DNA of 64,000 nucleotides from a virus. Its lineage: Duplodnaviria; Caudoviricetes. Below, piece after piece: positions 28,114 through 39,000 of this stretch (the stretch's first letter is position 1; each line of letters begins with the position of its first letter). Under the pieces are notes generated by a model that was given only the letters and a program-made list of their open reading frames with translations, was not told the origin of the DNA and did not search any database. The stretch covers positions 934 through 64,933 of IMG/VR virus record IMGVR_UViG_3300034132_000017. One strand, written 5' to 3'. Position numbers and translations under genes: made by a program.

Positions 28114-28990
28114 CTATTACTGGTCTCAATTAATTACTTCAGAGCTTCTTGAGAGAGCGGCAAGGAAGCATTTGAATCAAAACCGTTTGTTTTCGCAGAT
28201 CTCAGAGATGCGCCCCTCGCAGTGGGGAGAAAGAATCTCAATCCACTCAACCTCAGGAGCCGATGGAATGAGCATTACCGAGTTTGATGAAACGGGTGAA
28301 CAGGTTGTAATTAGAGCGGATTACGGCTTTACTGCTCAAGAGTCTGGGAGTTTAAGCGTTCAAGAGCCTGAACTTCCAAGCGTTCAGGACTGGTGCGCCC
28401 AGAACGGCTGGAGTGAGCCGCATTGGGTCAACGACGGTCACGATGGTTTTGCCCGTTCTGGTCGTTGGTGGGGGTTTTGTGGCGCGTCAGTTATGGCAGA
28501 GCTGTTGCCCTGGCAACCACCAAAGCAGACTTATGAAGAACGGCTTGGAGGACCGCAGCGTAGAGCCTCTGACTATAACCAGCAATACAACGAACACAGC
28601 CAACGCTTTTATGTCGGCAGGAGCGGCAGGGATGAGGATCAGTTAGATGCCGAGTTGATTCGATCTCACATGGAATCGATCCGCCGAAGTGCGATCGAAG
28701 TGTTCATTCCCGCACTTCGCCTAACTGTGAGAAATCTTGGCGATAGTAGAGATCGCTTTGAATACACAGCGGCAACTGAAGGCAATGAGTTGCTGATGGT
28801 GCAAGTAATCAAGTTAGCTAGGGCTACTAGGGCGATAACAAATGACGGGATTCTTCCCTCATCAAGAGCAGAGATCAGGTACTACATGATGCAAATCCCT
28901 CAGCGGGATTTGCTGTCAGCGGTCCTGAGCGATCGCCTGGGGTCTTTCGCTCTTCATTGGGCAAATCTGGTTGTTCGCTTCTTTAATTGA
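28106..28990 (+). CDS. hypothetical protein with WC..GW...WWGF module
   Basis: 294-aa ORF; contains an octamer array at 28334-28395. Confidence 0.55.
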   Translation: MNDYYWSQLITSELLERAARKHLNQNRLFSQISEMRPSQWGERISIHSTSGADGMSITEFDETGEQVVIRADYGFTAQESGSLSVQEPELPSVQDWCAQNGWSEPHWVNDGHDGFARSGRWWGFCGASVMAELLPWQPPKQTYEERLGGPQRRASDYNQQYNEHSQRFYVGRSGRDEDQLDAELIRSHMESIRRSAIEVFIPALRLTVRNLGDSRDRFEYTAATEGNELLMVQVIKLARATRAITNDGILPSSRAEIRYYMMQIPQRDLLSAVLSDRLGSFALHWANLVVRFFN

Positions 28991-29026
28991 GATGAGGGAA
29001 CTACACAGCAGTTTTGAGTAACTGCT

Positions 29027-29446
29027 GTGAAAAAATCCCCGTTCAAAAGGCTTCAAAATGCGACCATAACCTTTACTGCACTTGCCAGTGCGCCTACTGC
29101 GAATGCTTTAGGAAATCTCACTGTAACGACTCGAAACATTACCGTTACAGCTTATTTAGAGCTGAAAGACCATCACCCGAAGGACAACCGACCTGAAGGG
29201 GTGCCGATCATCTCTGACTACTTCGAGGGCCATGCAACGAGCATCGATGGCGTTGAGTCTGCAATCATCCTGCCTCCCCAAATTCACCCGTTGAGCAAGG
29301 GTGAAGCGATGATCTCAGGGGAACGCGGCAGCTTCACTATGGACGGTTCAATTATCAATCCTCCCTATGGGCGGGAGGGAATTGGAGCGATTCTAGAGCG
29401 GAAGACAGGTACAAAATTTGGCGGCTGGTTCGTGAGGTCAGCATGA
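29027..29446 (+). CDS. putative head-closure protein
   Basis: Beta-rich 139 aa, late motif at 28994, position. Confidence 0.5.
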   Translation: MKKSPFKRLQNATITFTALASAPTANALGNLTVTTRNITVTAYLELKDHHPKDNRPEGVPIISDYFEGHATSIDGVESAIILPPQIHPLSKGEAMISGERGSFTMDGSIINPPYGREGIGAILERKTGTKFGGWFVRSA

Positions 29447-29931
29447 GCGATCGCTACCGGGGACCCAAGAGCCAGCTAGGAAAAATCAGGATTAAGCCGG
29501 GGGCGGTCGCAGAGCTGCGAAAGAAGATTCAGGATAGCTTTGCAGTCGTGGTTGAAGAGCTTGATTACGAATATCACGTAACGATTCAAGACCCCGACGC
29601 TTTTGAATATCTGGGGTTTTTCGATCAAGATATCGTAGACACTGGACGGTTTGACGACTCCCAAATTATTGATGTGCAGACGAAAGGGAATGTCACAACT
29701 GCCCGTTGGATCTGGAATCCAACTTCACCCGATGATGGGTACCACTATGCTTCAGCGCTCTACTATGGCTTCCATCCCTATGGCGGGACTGGTTATTGCC
29801 CTGGGCGACCATGGGTAGATTTTTCAATCAGAAAGCTAGACCCCGTTTCGTTGCTGGTCAAAGAGCTGAAGAGCCGAGGGCTAAAGGCGCGAGTGATTCA
29901 GAACAACGTCAGCACTTTGCAATTAGGTTAG
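29443..29931 (+). CDS. putative tail-completion/neck protein (HK97 gp10-like)
   Basis: IVDTGRF...YASALYYG...GRPWV motif. Confidence 0.65.
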   Translation: MSDRYRGPKSQLGKIRIKPGAVAELRKKIQDSFAVVVEELDYEYHVTIQDPDAFEYLGFFDQDIVDTGRFDDSQIIDVQTKGNVTTARWIWNPTSPDDGYHYASALYYGFHPYGGTGYCPGRPWVDFSIRKLDPVSLLVKELKSRGLKARVIQNNVSTLQLG

Positions 29932-29966
29932 TGGGAACTTCAGGGCATCCTATCAAAGGACGCTCT

Positions 29967-30071
29967 ATGCTCGTCACAGATATTATTCCCAGCCTCATTT
30001 TTATTTTTGCTACTGGAATCATCACAGCGCTTTACCAGCACTCTGTTATGCGGAGTGTGCATCGCAAGTAG
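29967..30071 (+). CDS. 34-aa membrane peptide
   Basis: MLVTDIIPSLIFIFATGIITALY..., directly after the late motif at 29931. Confidence 0.5.
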   Translation: MLVTDIIPSLIFIFATGIITALYQHSVMRSVHRK

Positions 30072-30121
30072 TTCAAAACTGGCGTAAGTTTTGAGGTTTA
30101 GATTTTGTTTAGAGGTTCACT

Positions 30122-30277
30122 ATGCTCGTAATTCTCTGTTTGCTGCTCTGCCTGTTGCTCTGGTTCGGTGGCGTGACTATAAACGTCAATCTGACCTTGA
30201 TTGTTGAACCTGCTCAAACCAGCAACTTAGTTAATGTGACTACTAAGCAATCAGGACAGAAATGCTTGACCCCTTAG
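30122..30277 (+). CDS. 51-aa membrane peptide
   Basis: MLVILCLLLCLLLWFGG...; not in the ORF track. Confidence 0.4.
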   Translation: MLVILCLLLCLLLWFGGVTINVNLTLIVEPAQTSNLVNVTTKQSGQKCLTP

Positions 30278-30690
30278 TATTGCGAACGCTGGTGTCTGGG
30301 CTCCTGACTGATGCGATCGGCACCTATTCACTAGATACTGATGCCGGGACAGTGACTCAAAGCGCGATCGCCGTACTGCCAGATCTTGACGTTGGCTACA
30401 ATTACCCCCCAAGCGGCACAACGGTCACAGGGCTGGAAGTTGTAATCTATAAGCCTACTGCTGATTACGTTCCCATCATGGGGGGGAAGATGCAGCCGGC
30501 GACGTGGGAAGTGAGATTAAAGCAGTGGGACACAAACGCGAGTTTGACTGATCTCATGAACGCTTTAGTCCCGCAGCTTGCAAGCGCTCTAATTTACTGC
30601 CGATTTCTCAAGCCTGGTTATATTCCACCCAATCCACAGAAGGGGATAGTAGAGCAGGGAGTTATAAAATTCACTGAGTATTTAGCTTGA
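30262..30690 (+). CDS. putative tail terminator
   Basis: 142 aa immediately before the tail tube gene. Confidence 0.6.
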   Translation: MLDPLVLRTLVSGLLTDAIGTYSLDTDAGTVTQSAIAVLPDLDVGYNYPPSGTTVTGLEVVIYKPTADYVPIMGGKMQPATWEVRLKQWDTNASLTDLMNALVPQLASALIYCRFLKPGYIPPNPQKGIVEQGVIKFTEYLA

Positions 30691-30819
30691 TTTGGGCATT
30701 CTAAATTAGCTAGATAGTCACCTAATTTTCAATCGATCGCAACGCCCGGAGCGCCTTTCCGGGCGTTTTCTTTTGGTGGGAACTCCAGAGCGACCAACAA
30801 CCTCTAGAGGTCGTTCTGA

Positions 30820-31470
30820 ATGACTAACCAAAACTTTGTAATTGGTAACCAGACCAAGTTCTTTTTCTCGATTCTGCCTGCTTCAATGCTGGACAATCCG
30901 GCAGCTCCTACAGATGTCACGATCACTGTGGACGTTCCAGGCTCAGGCGGAAGCGTTGCTGTCAATGCAACTGCCATCCCAACTGTTGCACTTTCTAACC
31001 CAGTTCCAGAGGGTACACCAATCCCCTTTGTTGCAGGCGGCGCAACTTATTGGGCTTATACAACTCTGTCTGCTGCTGCTGGCGCAACCAGTCTGACTGT
31101 AGAGCCTTTACTGGTCGCAATTCCTGACGGTGCTCAAGGCGTTTATACCGCAATGCTGGAACTCATCGGGGGTACTACTTCTGATGAACAGATTCAGGCA
31201 CAGGATCAAGAAACGATGGTGTACGGTATGCCCCTTGGCTACTCTACCGGGATTGTTACCAAGGCATCTTGGAACCTGTCTTACACGTTTAACGTGTTGC
31301 CTTCTGACCCTGGCTACTTTCGCCTCGCTTATGCCGCTTCTCACGCGGTTGGTGGCGTTCGCGGTTGGGTGCGTAAAGAAGATCCAGCACCTTCAGGCTA
31401 TTCTCACGGCGAACGCATTGAAGGGCTTTGTGATGTGACTGACTTCAGCAAAACAAATCCTGCTGACGGT
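30820..31470 (+). CDS. major tail tube protein, exon 1 (217 codons)
   Basis: Tube-like beta pattern with an inserted Ig-like segment; ends at GGT before the intron. Confidence 0.8.
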
Positions 31471-31707
31471 AAACAATTGATTGCCGCCTAATTCAGTAAT
31501 GAGTTAGTGAACATGGGGTGAATTGCTGGAAACCTAAAGCGCAAGCCAAGGCAATCAGCAGCCAAGCCGGGGGAAGGGTTAAAAGTATCCCGGAAGGTTC
31601 AACGACTAGCGAGTGAGGAACCCATCCAATAAGCTCCACCAGCGCCCCACAACCCAAGCGGTTGAAGATATAGTCTGAGCCGTCTAGAAATAGCGGATTC
31701 CCGATCG
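31471..31707 (+). ncRNA. group I self-splicing intron (IA-like, no homing endonuclease)
   Basis: P AATTGCTGGAAAC, Q AATCAGCAGCC, R GTTCAACGACTAG, S AAGATATAGTCT; P1 with U.G pair; P2, P3, P4, P7, P8, P9 all pair; terminal G. Confidence 0.92.
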
Positions 31708-31770
31708 ATCATCACCGGGAAATGCACCTTTAAGGGTCGTGGCGCTCCTGTGCAGAAGCACTACAGCTAA
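31708..31770 (+). CDS. major tail tube protein, exon 2
   Basis: In frame after splicing: IITGKCTFKGRGAPVQKHYS*. Confidence 0.82.
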   Translation: MITGKCTFKGRGAPVQKHYS

Positions 31771-31893
31771 TCGCCAAAAAGAAAGGACACGCGGAGCCTC
31801 AACCCTCTGCCGCATGTCCATATTCTGTTGTTCCCTCGCATTCATTTCACTTGTGGGAACTCCATCACAACAATGTGATTAGAGAGTTCCAAA

Positions 31894-32436
31894 ATGCCTC
31901 AACAACTACCCCAACTGCCTTTTATCACTAAGCCTCAAGGTACTGAGAAGTACAACGTAGGCAATGCAATTATCGGTGAATTGGCAATCCCTAAACTTGG
32001 CGATCTATCAATCAATGAGCGTCGTTATCTCAAGCAAGTAACCGCAGAGCTGCCCGACCTTCGCAAAGAAGCAGTCAAGATGGCGAAGGTGATCGCTGAT
32101 GATATGGAAGCCAATCTACTCGATGTCTATAACGCACTGACCGCAGGCGATACCTACTACCTGTCAAACCATTTAGGCGAAGTAATTGAATTTCAAGACA
32201 AGATGGATCTCGTTAGTTCTCAACGACAGATGCACCTTGCAACAATGATTATTAAGTTCAGGATTGAGCCAGCCTGGGAAACCGAAAACACCGGAAACGC
32301 TGACCTGATTCACCCTGACCTTGTTAAAGAAATCGCTCAATTCGCTTCCAAAGAAGAGAACGGCTGGATTGTTGCCAAGCCTGAAGAAGAAGAGCCGACA
32401 ACTGAGGAAGACTTGGGAAAATCGCCGGAAGCGTAG
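31894..32436 (+). CDS. tail assembly chaperone (G-like)
   Basis: Between tube and tape measure genes; slippery site near its 3' end. Confidence 0.8.
   Translation: MPQQLPQLPFITKPQGTEKYNVGNAIIGELAIPKLGDLSINERRYLKQVTAELPDLRKEAVKMAKVIADDMEANLLDVYNALTAGDTYYLSNHLGEVIEFQDKMDLVSSQRQMHLATMIIKFRIEPAWETENTGNADLIHPDLVKEIAQFASKEENGWIVAKPEEEEPTTEEDLGKSPEA
32415..32421 (+). other. programmed -1 frameshift site G GGA AAA
   Basis: Canonical XXXYYYZ heptamer; the -1 frame is open from here through 33059. Confidence 0.85.
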
Positions 32437-33059
32437 ACGAGGAACCCGATTGGGCTTCTATCTACTGGCGGGTTAACCGCTATTGGTCAAACGATTCTAG
32501 ATTCTCGGCTGAAAACTTCGGTAATCAGCCGACTTACTTAATTTTGCAGGCGCTGGAGTTTGGGGCGAAGTTCAACGCTGAACAGTTGCACCTGGAAGAG
32601 TTGGGCATCGCAACGCTCACAGCGTTCTTTGTCAACAGCAATCGTGATCCTAAGAAAGGTAGTCCGGTCAAGGCTTCTGACTTCTTTCACTTTGCACCTA
32701 AAGATGCGAAGGATGAAATCAAAATTCCGGGACTGGCTTGTGATGCGTTCTTCTCGCTCATTGCTGATCGGCTGCTACCCAATTGGGTGTTAAACGTTGC
32801 GCCGATCGACCTTCTACGTTCCCAGAAGAGTAAGAATATTCGCTCTGTAGTCAAGCCTCGCGCCTGGCTCAGTGAAAATTTACTGCTGATCCTTCCTCGC
32901 GTGAAGGATGGGCAGGTTGAAGCTGCTTTGGCGTTTTCTAATAACGCTTCTGGGCTGGTGGAACTCTATGACGTGGACTCTCAGACTCGCTTCATCGTGC
33001 AGATTGAGAAACCCCAGATTGCCTGGATGCTTGACGCTGAGTTTGAAGTTGCATTATGA
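32415..33059 (+). CDS. tail chaperone GT extension (-1 frame)
   Basis: KIAGSVDEEPDWASIYWR... continues without a stop into the 32544-33059 ORF. Confidence 0.75.
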   Translation, partial: GKIAGSVDEEPDWASIYWRVNRYWSNDSRFSAENFGNQPTYLILQALEFGAKFNAEQLHLEELGIATLTAFFVNSNRDPKKGSPVKASDFFHFAPKDAKDEIKIPGLACDAFFSLIADRLLPNWVLNVAPIDLLRSQKSKNIRSVVKPRAWLSENLLLILPRVKDGQVEAALAFSNNASGLVELYDVDSQTRFIVQIEKPQIAWMLDAEFEVAL

Positions 33060-36000
33060 CCGAGTTAGGAGATGTCGGAATAGGTCTACAGCTTGACCTT
33101 AATGGGCTTGAAGAGCAGTTACAGCAGCTAGAGCAGTACACCGCTAAACCCATTAAGGTCAAGCTTCAATTAGACAAAGACGCAAAAGAGGCTATTCAGA
33201 GGGAGATTAAAGCTCTCAAAATTGAGCCTGTAAAAGTTGACATCGTTATCAACGATAAAGAGCTTGAAAGGCAGCTCAAGCGGCTCCAGAAGGTTAAAAA
33301 TGAGCTTGGCAACTATGAGATCAAGATTGACACCTCAAAGAGTGAAGCGAATCTTGCCAGGTTAGGTAGTGCGGTCAACGAAGTCAGATCCCAGATTAGG
33401 GGATTAGACCGTGATATTCGGCGGCTGGAAGATGTCAGCATCAATGTAAATACCCGTTTTAGCGATCGGCAGATTAAATCAGCTCTCAAAGAACTTGAGA
33501 ATCCTGAAGTTACTGTCGATGCAAAGTTTCGTAGAAAGCAGGTACAGAAAGAACTAGACCAGTTAGACAACTTAACTGTACTTGCTAAGGTTGTTCCAAT
33601 TGTTGACGAAAAAAGAGCGCTTCAACAACTTAAGCAACTTGAAGAGCCAATCAGACCGATCATTGCCCCCAGACTGCAAACCCGAAACCTCGAACGGCAA
33701 GTAGAGGAAAGCGTAGCAAGGGGCACTAAGGTTGGGTTTGAAACGGGTCTGAACAAAGTAAAAATCAAGTTTTTCAACCCAGACGACTATACAAAAGTCG
33801 AGCTATCTAAAAGTCCTAAATTTATTCGGAACGATTACAGACCTGATGCGCTGTTCTCAAAAGTCGAGGTATCTAAGACTCCTAAGCTAGTTCTGAACAC
33901 AGATTCACCATTAGTTAGAGACACGCTAACTAGAGGCTTTCAGGGGCTTCTGCAAGCGATTACAAATGCTGACGAACACAATCAGAGTGTCACAAGGTCT
34001 TCAGGAGGTCAGAAGGGTTCTAGTGGTCCTCTTAGCACCCCCATTGCTTTAGCGAGTAAAGCTGCATCTATCGCGATCAACCCAGAGAAGCAAGTTTATC
34101 AAGGCTTCATGAGTGGAATCGGGCAGAACCTTGCAGCACCTTTAACTAAAAACTTAATCAAAACGCTCAACAAAGAGTTAGGAACTGATCTCACCGCTCT
34201 AGGAACTGCTTTAGGAAAGCGGCTAATCTCAAAGGGTGCTGGACTCTCAAAAAGCCTGGGGATTACTCAAACTAGAGAAGACTTTTCCCTATTCGCTAAA
34301 GAAATTATTGAATTCTACAAAGATGTTGCAGGCGATATAAGTTTGCTCGATGGCGCAAAGCGCCGCTATCACGAAAACTACAAGTCAACTGCTGAACGGG
34401 TTAAAGCGAATGCGATCACCCGCTCTCAGGAAATCCAGAAAACCGATAAAGAAGCGGTAACGATTGTCTCTGGTGGGTTTGCAGGAAAGAAGGGTGAACA
34501 CGCAAAAGAGAATGTCATCCCTTTATTTCAGAAGCACAACCTATTAGAAAACCATGAGTTAGTTGATTTTAAGAATACGAACTCAGACACGAATGCTGGC
34601 TTATTCTCAGCCCCTCAGAAATGGTTACCAGAGGTATTAGTTAATAAGCTGTTGCGGAATGTCGTTAGGGGCAGTAATCCCGACGCTGAGAGGATGGCAA
34701 CTGAGGCACTAGCGCATCAGATGGCTAATCCTGGCAAACCTGTGAATTTGTTTGGCACCTCTGGAGGTGGTTTGAATGTTAGCGATGCTCTGGAAATCCT
34801 CAAAGCTACAGGCTCACAGGGCTTTAGGGGTGTGAGCGAGGGTACGCCGATCTCAGGTTTAATCAACAACAACAAGCGGGACGAATTTACAAACTTCATG
34901 GGGATGCTGGATCCCGCTGTACTCTTGACCTTGACACCCCAAGGTAGAGAAAACAATCGCTATCTAACAACAGGTGGCGCGGGGCACTACACACCCAACT
35001 ACTTCAAGGACAAAAATTTTAGGGATGAAACGACTGAATTCTACTCCCGCTCTAAGCCGCCAAAAGTACCACTAGGCTTTAGGATTGACAATTTAGGTAA
35101 GGAATCTCAGGGTGTTCAGGTTGGCATTAATGACCTGAAGGCGCGACAAGAGAAGCTGATCAGAGAACTTGAAATAGCTAACGCTGAATTAGATCAGAGC
35201 TTCCAACAGTTAGAGCAGTCAAGCAAAGAAACGAGCGCAAAGGCAACGAAACGGGCACGAAAGAGCTTAGAAGTCAGGCAGCGTAGGGATCAGTATCTTG
35301 CGAATCGTCAAGGCTTATCTGCAAATCCCCCACCAGAAAGTACCCAAGTAGTTCAGGGTCAGTCTCAGTTAAGCGATGTCAAAGTTAGCTCGGTTGTTGG
35401 AACTCAAAACCCCAGCAAAGAACAGTTTCAAGAAGTAATTGCCCGTAGAAAAGAATTATTCAAAACCCAGCTAAAGGCAGTTGAAGGATTAAATGGTGCA
35501 GAGAAAGCGGAAGCGCTTCGCCGAATCCTTCAAGTAGCACAGCAGGAAGAAGAGCGGGTTAATACTGATGTTGCTCAGAAGTTTGGGCGCAATATCAGCG
35601 GCGTATTAGCCAGCTATCGCAGGTTTTTAAGCTCTTCAGGTAATAAGCCTGGTGTTCAGCAAAACATTACACAGCAGCTCAACCAGCTATCGCCTGAAGC
35701 AGGTATCAGGGGAGGAAGGCAACGGGCAGAAGGACGGCTCTCAAGCCAAACACAGCAACAGTTAGATCGGTTCTCGCAGTCGTTCAACCTGGGCGGCACA
35801 CAACCACCCAACAGCACAATACCTGACGGACCTGATCAACTCTCAAAAGTTGCAGTCCCTACAGGTGTTAGCGGTCTTTTTGGAAAACTAAAGGCTTTTG
35901 TTGCCAGTGAGAAAGGATCGAATCTAATCTCAACAGTTGGAATCACTGCCAGCAAAGTGGCAGGTGCTCGACTTGGCAGCGAGTTAGGAATCGTTGGTGA

Positions 36001-39000
36001 GCTAGTAGGAGGTCTGGGCACTGGGCTAGTTGCACGAAACGCGATCGCTCTGGGTCGTTCTGGTGCGAGTGCTTACACAGGGCTGAAAGGTGACAAAGAC
36101 TTTCAATCGGCTGGTTTCAGAGAAAAGTTTAAGCGTGTTGCCCAACAAACAGGGGTCAACTTTAACTCTGAAGCTAATCAGAAGGATCTGGGTTCTGGTG
36201 TTTCTGGGGATCTGATCGGCGCGGGGGTTGGTGCTGCTGTCGGTAAAGGTCTAAGCCCACTACTTGGACGAATAGCGTCTGAACTCGATCAATCCGGCGT
36301 ACTGAAGCTGATAGAAAGCATTCCAGGTAAGGGGGCGATTGCCGCAGCAGTAGCAACACCGGGATTAGTCAAGTTAAGAGAAAGAATTGCAACTGCAACC
36401 ACTAAGCCTTCAAAGGACTTAGAGCAGTCTTCAGAGGTTGATGTAAAGCAGTTATCTAAAGTCGAGCAAAATCCTTTACAGGCTTTTGCTGATCGATTCA
36501 AAGCGCTGTTTAGTAAGCAACGGCTGGACGCTCAAAAGACTTATGAAGCAATCATCCGAGAAACTGCAAAGCTCTCAGGAATCAATATCAAGCCTGGTGA
36601 CATCCCCAAGCTAGTTGTAAGCAACTCAAAGCTAGACGGCTCAAAAGCGCTCTACGACATCAAATCAAATCAAATCATTATCTCAAAGGCTACTGGCGAA
36701 TTACTCGGTAGCACGATCGAGAACATTCAGCGTCACCAGAAAAAGATAGCTGATGTCGTTCATGAAGCTAGACACGCTCTACAGCTTAACTTTGGCAAAA
36801 CTTCAATCGGTGAGATTGCTGGAGGGATAAAGCAGCCTAACGTACCTTTATTTGACCCTAACAAACCTCATTCTGAATATGTAGCAAAAGGTGCTGATTT
36901 ATCAGTACAGGCATCAGTAAACAGTGCAGCGGCTAAAGGTTATACAGTCCCACAGATAGGACTAGAAACCCTTAAGCGCTTAGAGCTAGATGCTTATCAG
37001 TTTGAAGAGCAGTTCACAGGAAAAATAGTTGATTCGGTTGCTCAAGCGCTCAAGTCTGTTGGTGAAGAGTTCAACCCTGATGTTCTTTACAAGAGAGAGA
37101 AGAGCGAGAGCCAGAGAAAGCTACAGCAGGCAGTTTTCAAGGGTGGACAGAAAACACCCAATCCCGAAGTAAAAACGTCAGTCGTTGAAGTCTTGCCCCC
37201 AGAAGCGCTCAAACTTCCAGAAGCAAGACCCAAAACTGACACAACTCAGACCATAGATGTCGGACAGACTCAAGCAGCTCCTAAGAGTGCGAATCAGCGA
37301 CGGCTCAGAGAAGTTTTCTTCGCAAAGGGAGAGGATCGCGAAGCATTAATTTCTGAGGCGATCGGATTCAGAGCTGGAAAAGTCAATCGGGCAAGATATG
37401 AAGCTGTTCGAGCGGTTAGCCCTGAGTTTGGGGAACAGTTCGCAGATGACATCTCACGTAGAAAAGCGCGGAAAATTGCCGGAGATCAAGCGAGGCAAGA
37501 GGTTAAAGAGACTGTTAAATCTGGGGTCAAAGAAGCCACAAACAACTTTAGCCAGAGAATCTCCGGAAACGTCCCACCGACTGAAGCAGGAAAAAGCTTA
37601 CCCTTCAGACCAAGCATAGGAAATGCTAAAGCGGCTTTCCAAGGGTTGTTTGAAGACCTTGACACCCTGAAAGGAAAGTTGAATATCGAAGGCGTTTTAT
37701 CGGGCTTCTCAAAGAACTTCGATAAAACATTCGCTTCGATTCGGAAAGGTTTTGATGTCGGCACAGGTGGCGACTTAGGGGTAGTTTACCGACTTCAGAA
37801 CTACGCGAGAGGGATTCAGGGGGCGTTTAATTTTGGTCGAAAAATTGATCAACCTTTTGACAAGCTCAAAGAAGCTGGTGATCGGGTTTTCCCCAATCTT
37901 GGAACTAAAGCTTTACAACTCGGTAAAGCATTTCTGGGTATAGCTGGCGTAGCAATTATAGCCAGTGAAGTTATCAAGCTTGGAAAGGCTTCATTTGGCG
38001 CGTTCGTTGAGTTAGACAAGCTCAAGACTGCCCTTAACTTTGCTGTGGGTGGTCAATCTCAAGGGGCAAGCGCTCTCAAGTTTGTAGGTGAAACAGTTGA
38101 TCAGCTCAAGATTCCCCTAGCTGGCTCAGTTAAAGGTTTCACACAGTTAGCGGCTGCCACCAGGGGAACCACCGCAGAGGGTAAGGGCACTCGCGATGTG
38201 TTTCTGGGTCTATCACAGGCATCTACAGTTCTCAGTTTGTCTGCTGATGAAACTCAAGGTGCTCTACTTGCACTTTCCCAAAGCGCTTCCAAGGGAGTGG
38301 TCAGTTCTGAAGAGCTTCGGCAGCAGTTAAGCGAACGTATTCCCGGCGCAATGGGCATTGCAGCGAGAAGCATGGGGCTTACTGAGTCTGCTTTCAACTC
38401 ACTTCTAGAGTCAGGTCAGATTCTATCAAGTGATTTTCTACCCAGGTTTGGTAAGCAACTGCAAGCAGAGTTTGGGGATGCCGCTAAAAGTGCTGCTGGC
38501 AATGCTCAGAGCGCTATTTTTAATCTTCAGAACGCATTCACCAAACTACAGCAAGGGTTTGGTGAGGGTATTTCTCCAGCAGCGATCGGCATTCTAAATA
38601 TCTTTGCAGTTGTTGTTGAGGTAGTAGCGAACAACATTCAGCATTTGGTTTTAGCCCTAACTGCTATTGGGTTAACTCTAACTCAGATGTTCATCTCTTC
38701 TCTAGTCGCTTCAATCGGCTGGATGGGCATCGCTAAAGCTGTAGTAGGTTCGCTGTCTACTGTCTTAGGAGCATTAACTACAGTAGTTCAGCGGTTCGGT
38801 AAAGAGCTGGCGATAGCTGGCTTGAGCTTTGTGATCATTGAGATGATCAAAGCGGTTGCAGATGCCGTTAACAACGATTTGAGCCAGTCTTTCAAAAAGG
38901 CGGCTGAGGAAGCGAGAAAGACTGCTGAAGCTGCGAAGGACATCAAACCCCCGCCCAACGGCAAAGACGGGAATGGTAACGGTCAGGGTAATGAACCTGA

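Noticed and set aside
30820-31491. Tail tube gene as a truncated pseudogene or a complete 223-aa protein
   Set aside because: The stop lies inside the intron P1/P2 region; splicing restores the C-terminus
31471-31707. Group II intron or transposon remnant
   Set aside because: No GUGYG start or domain V; the P/Q/R/S elements and terminal G are group I
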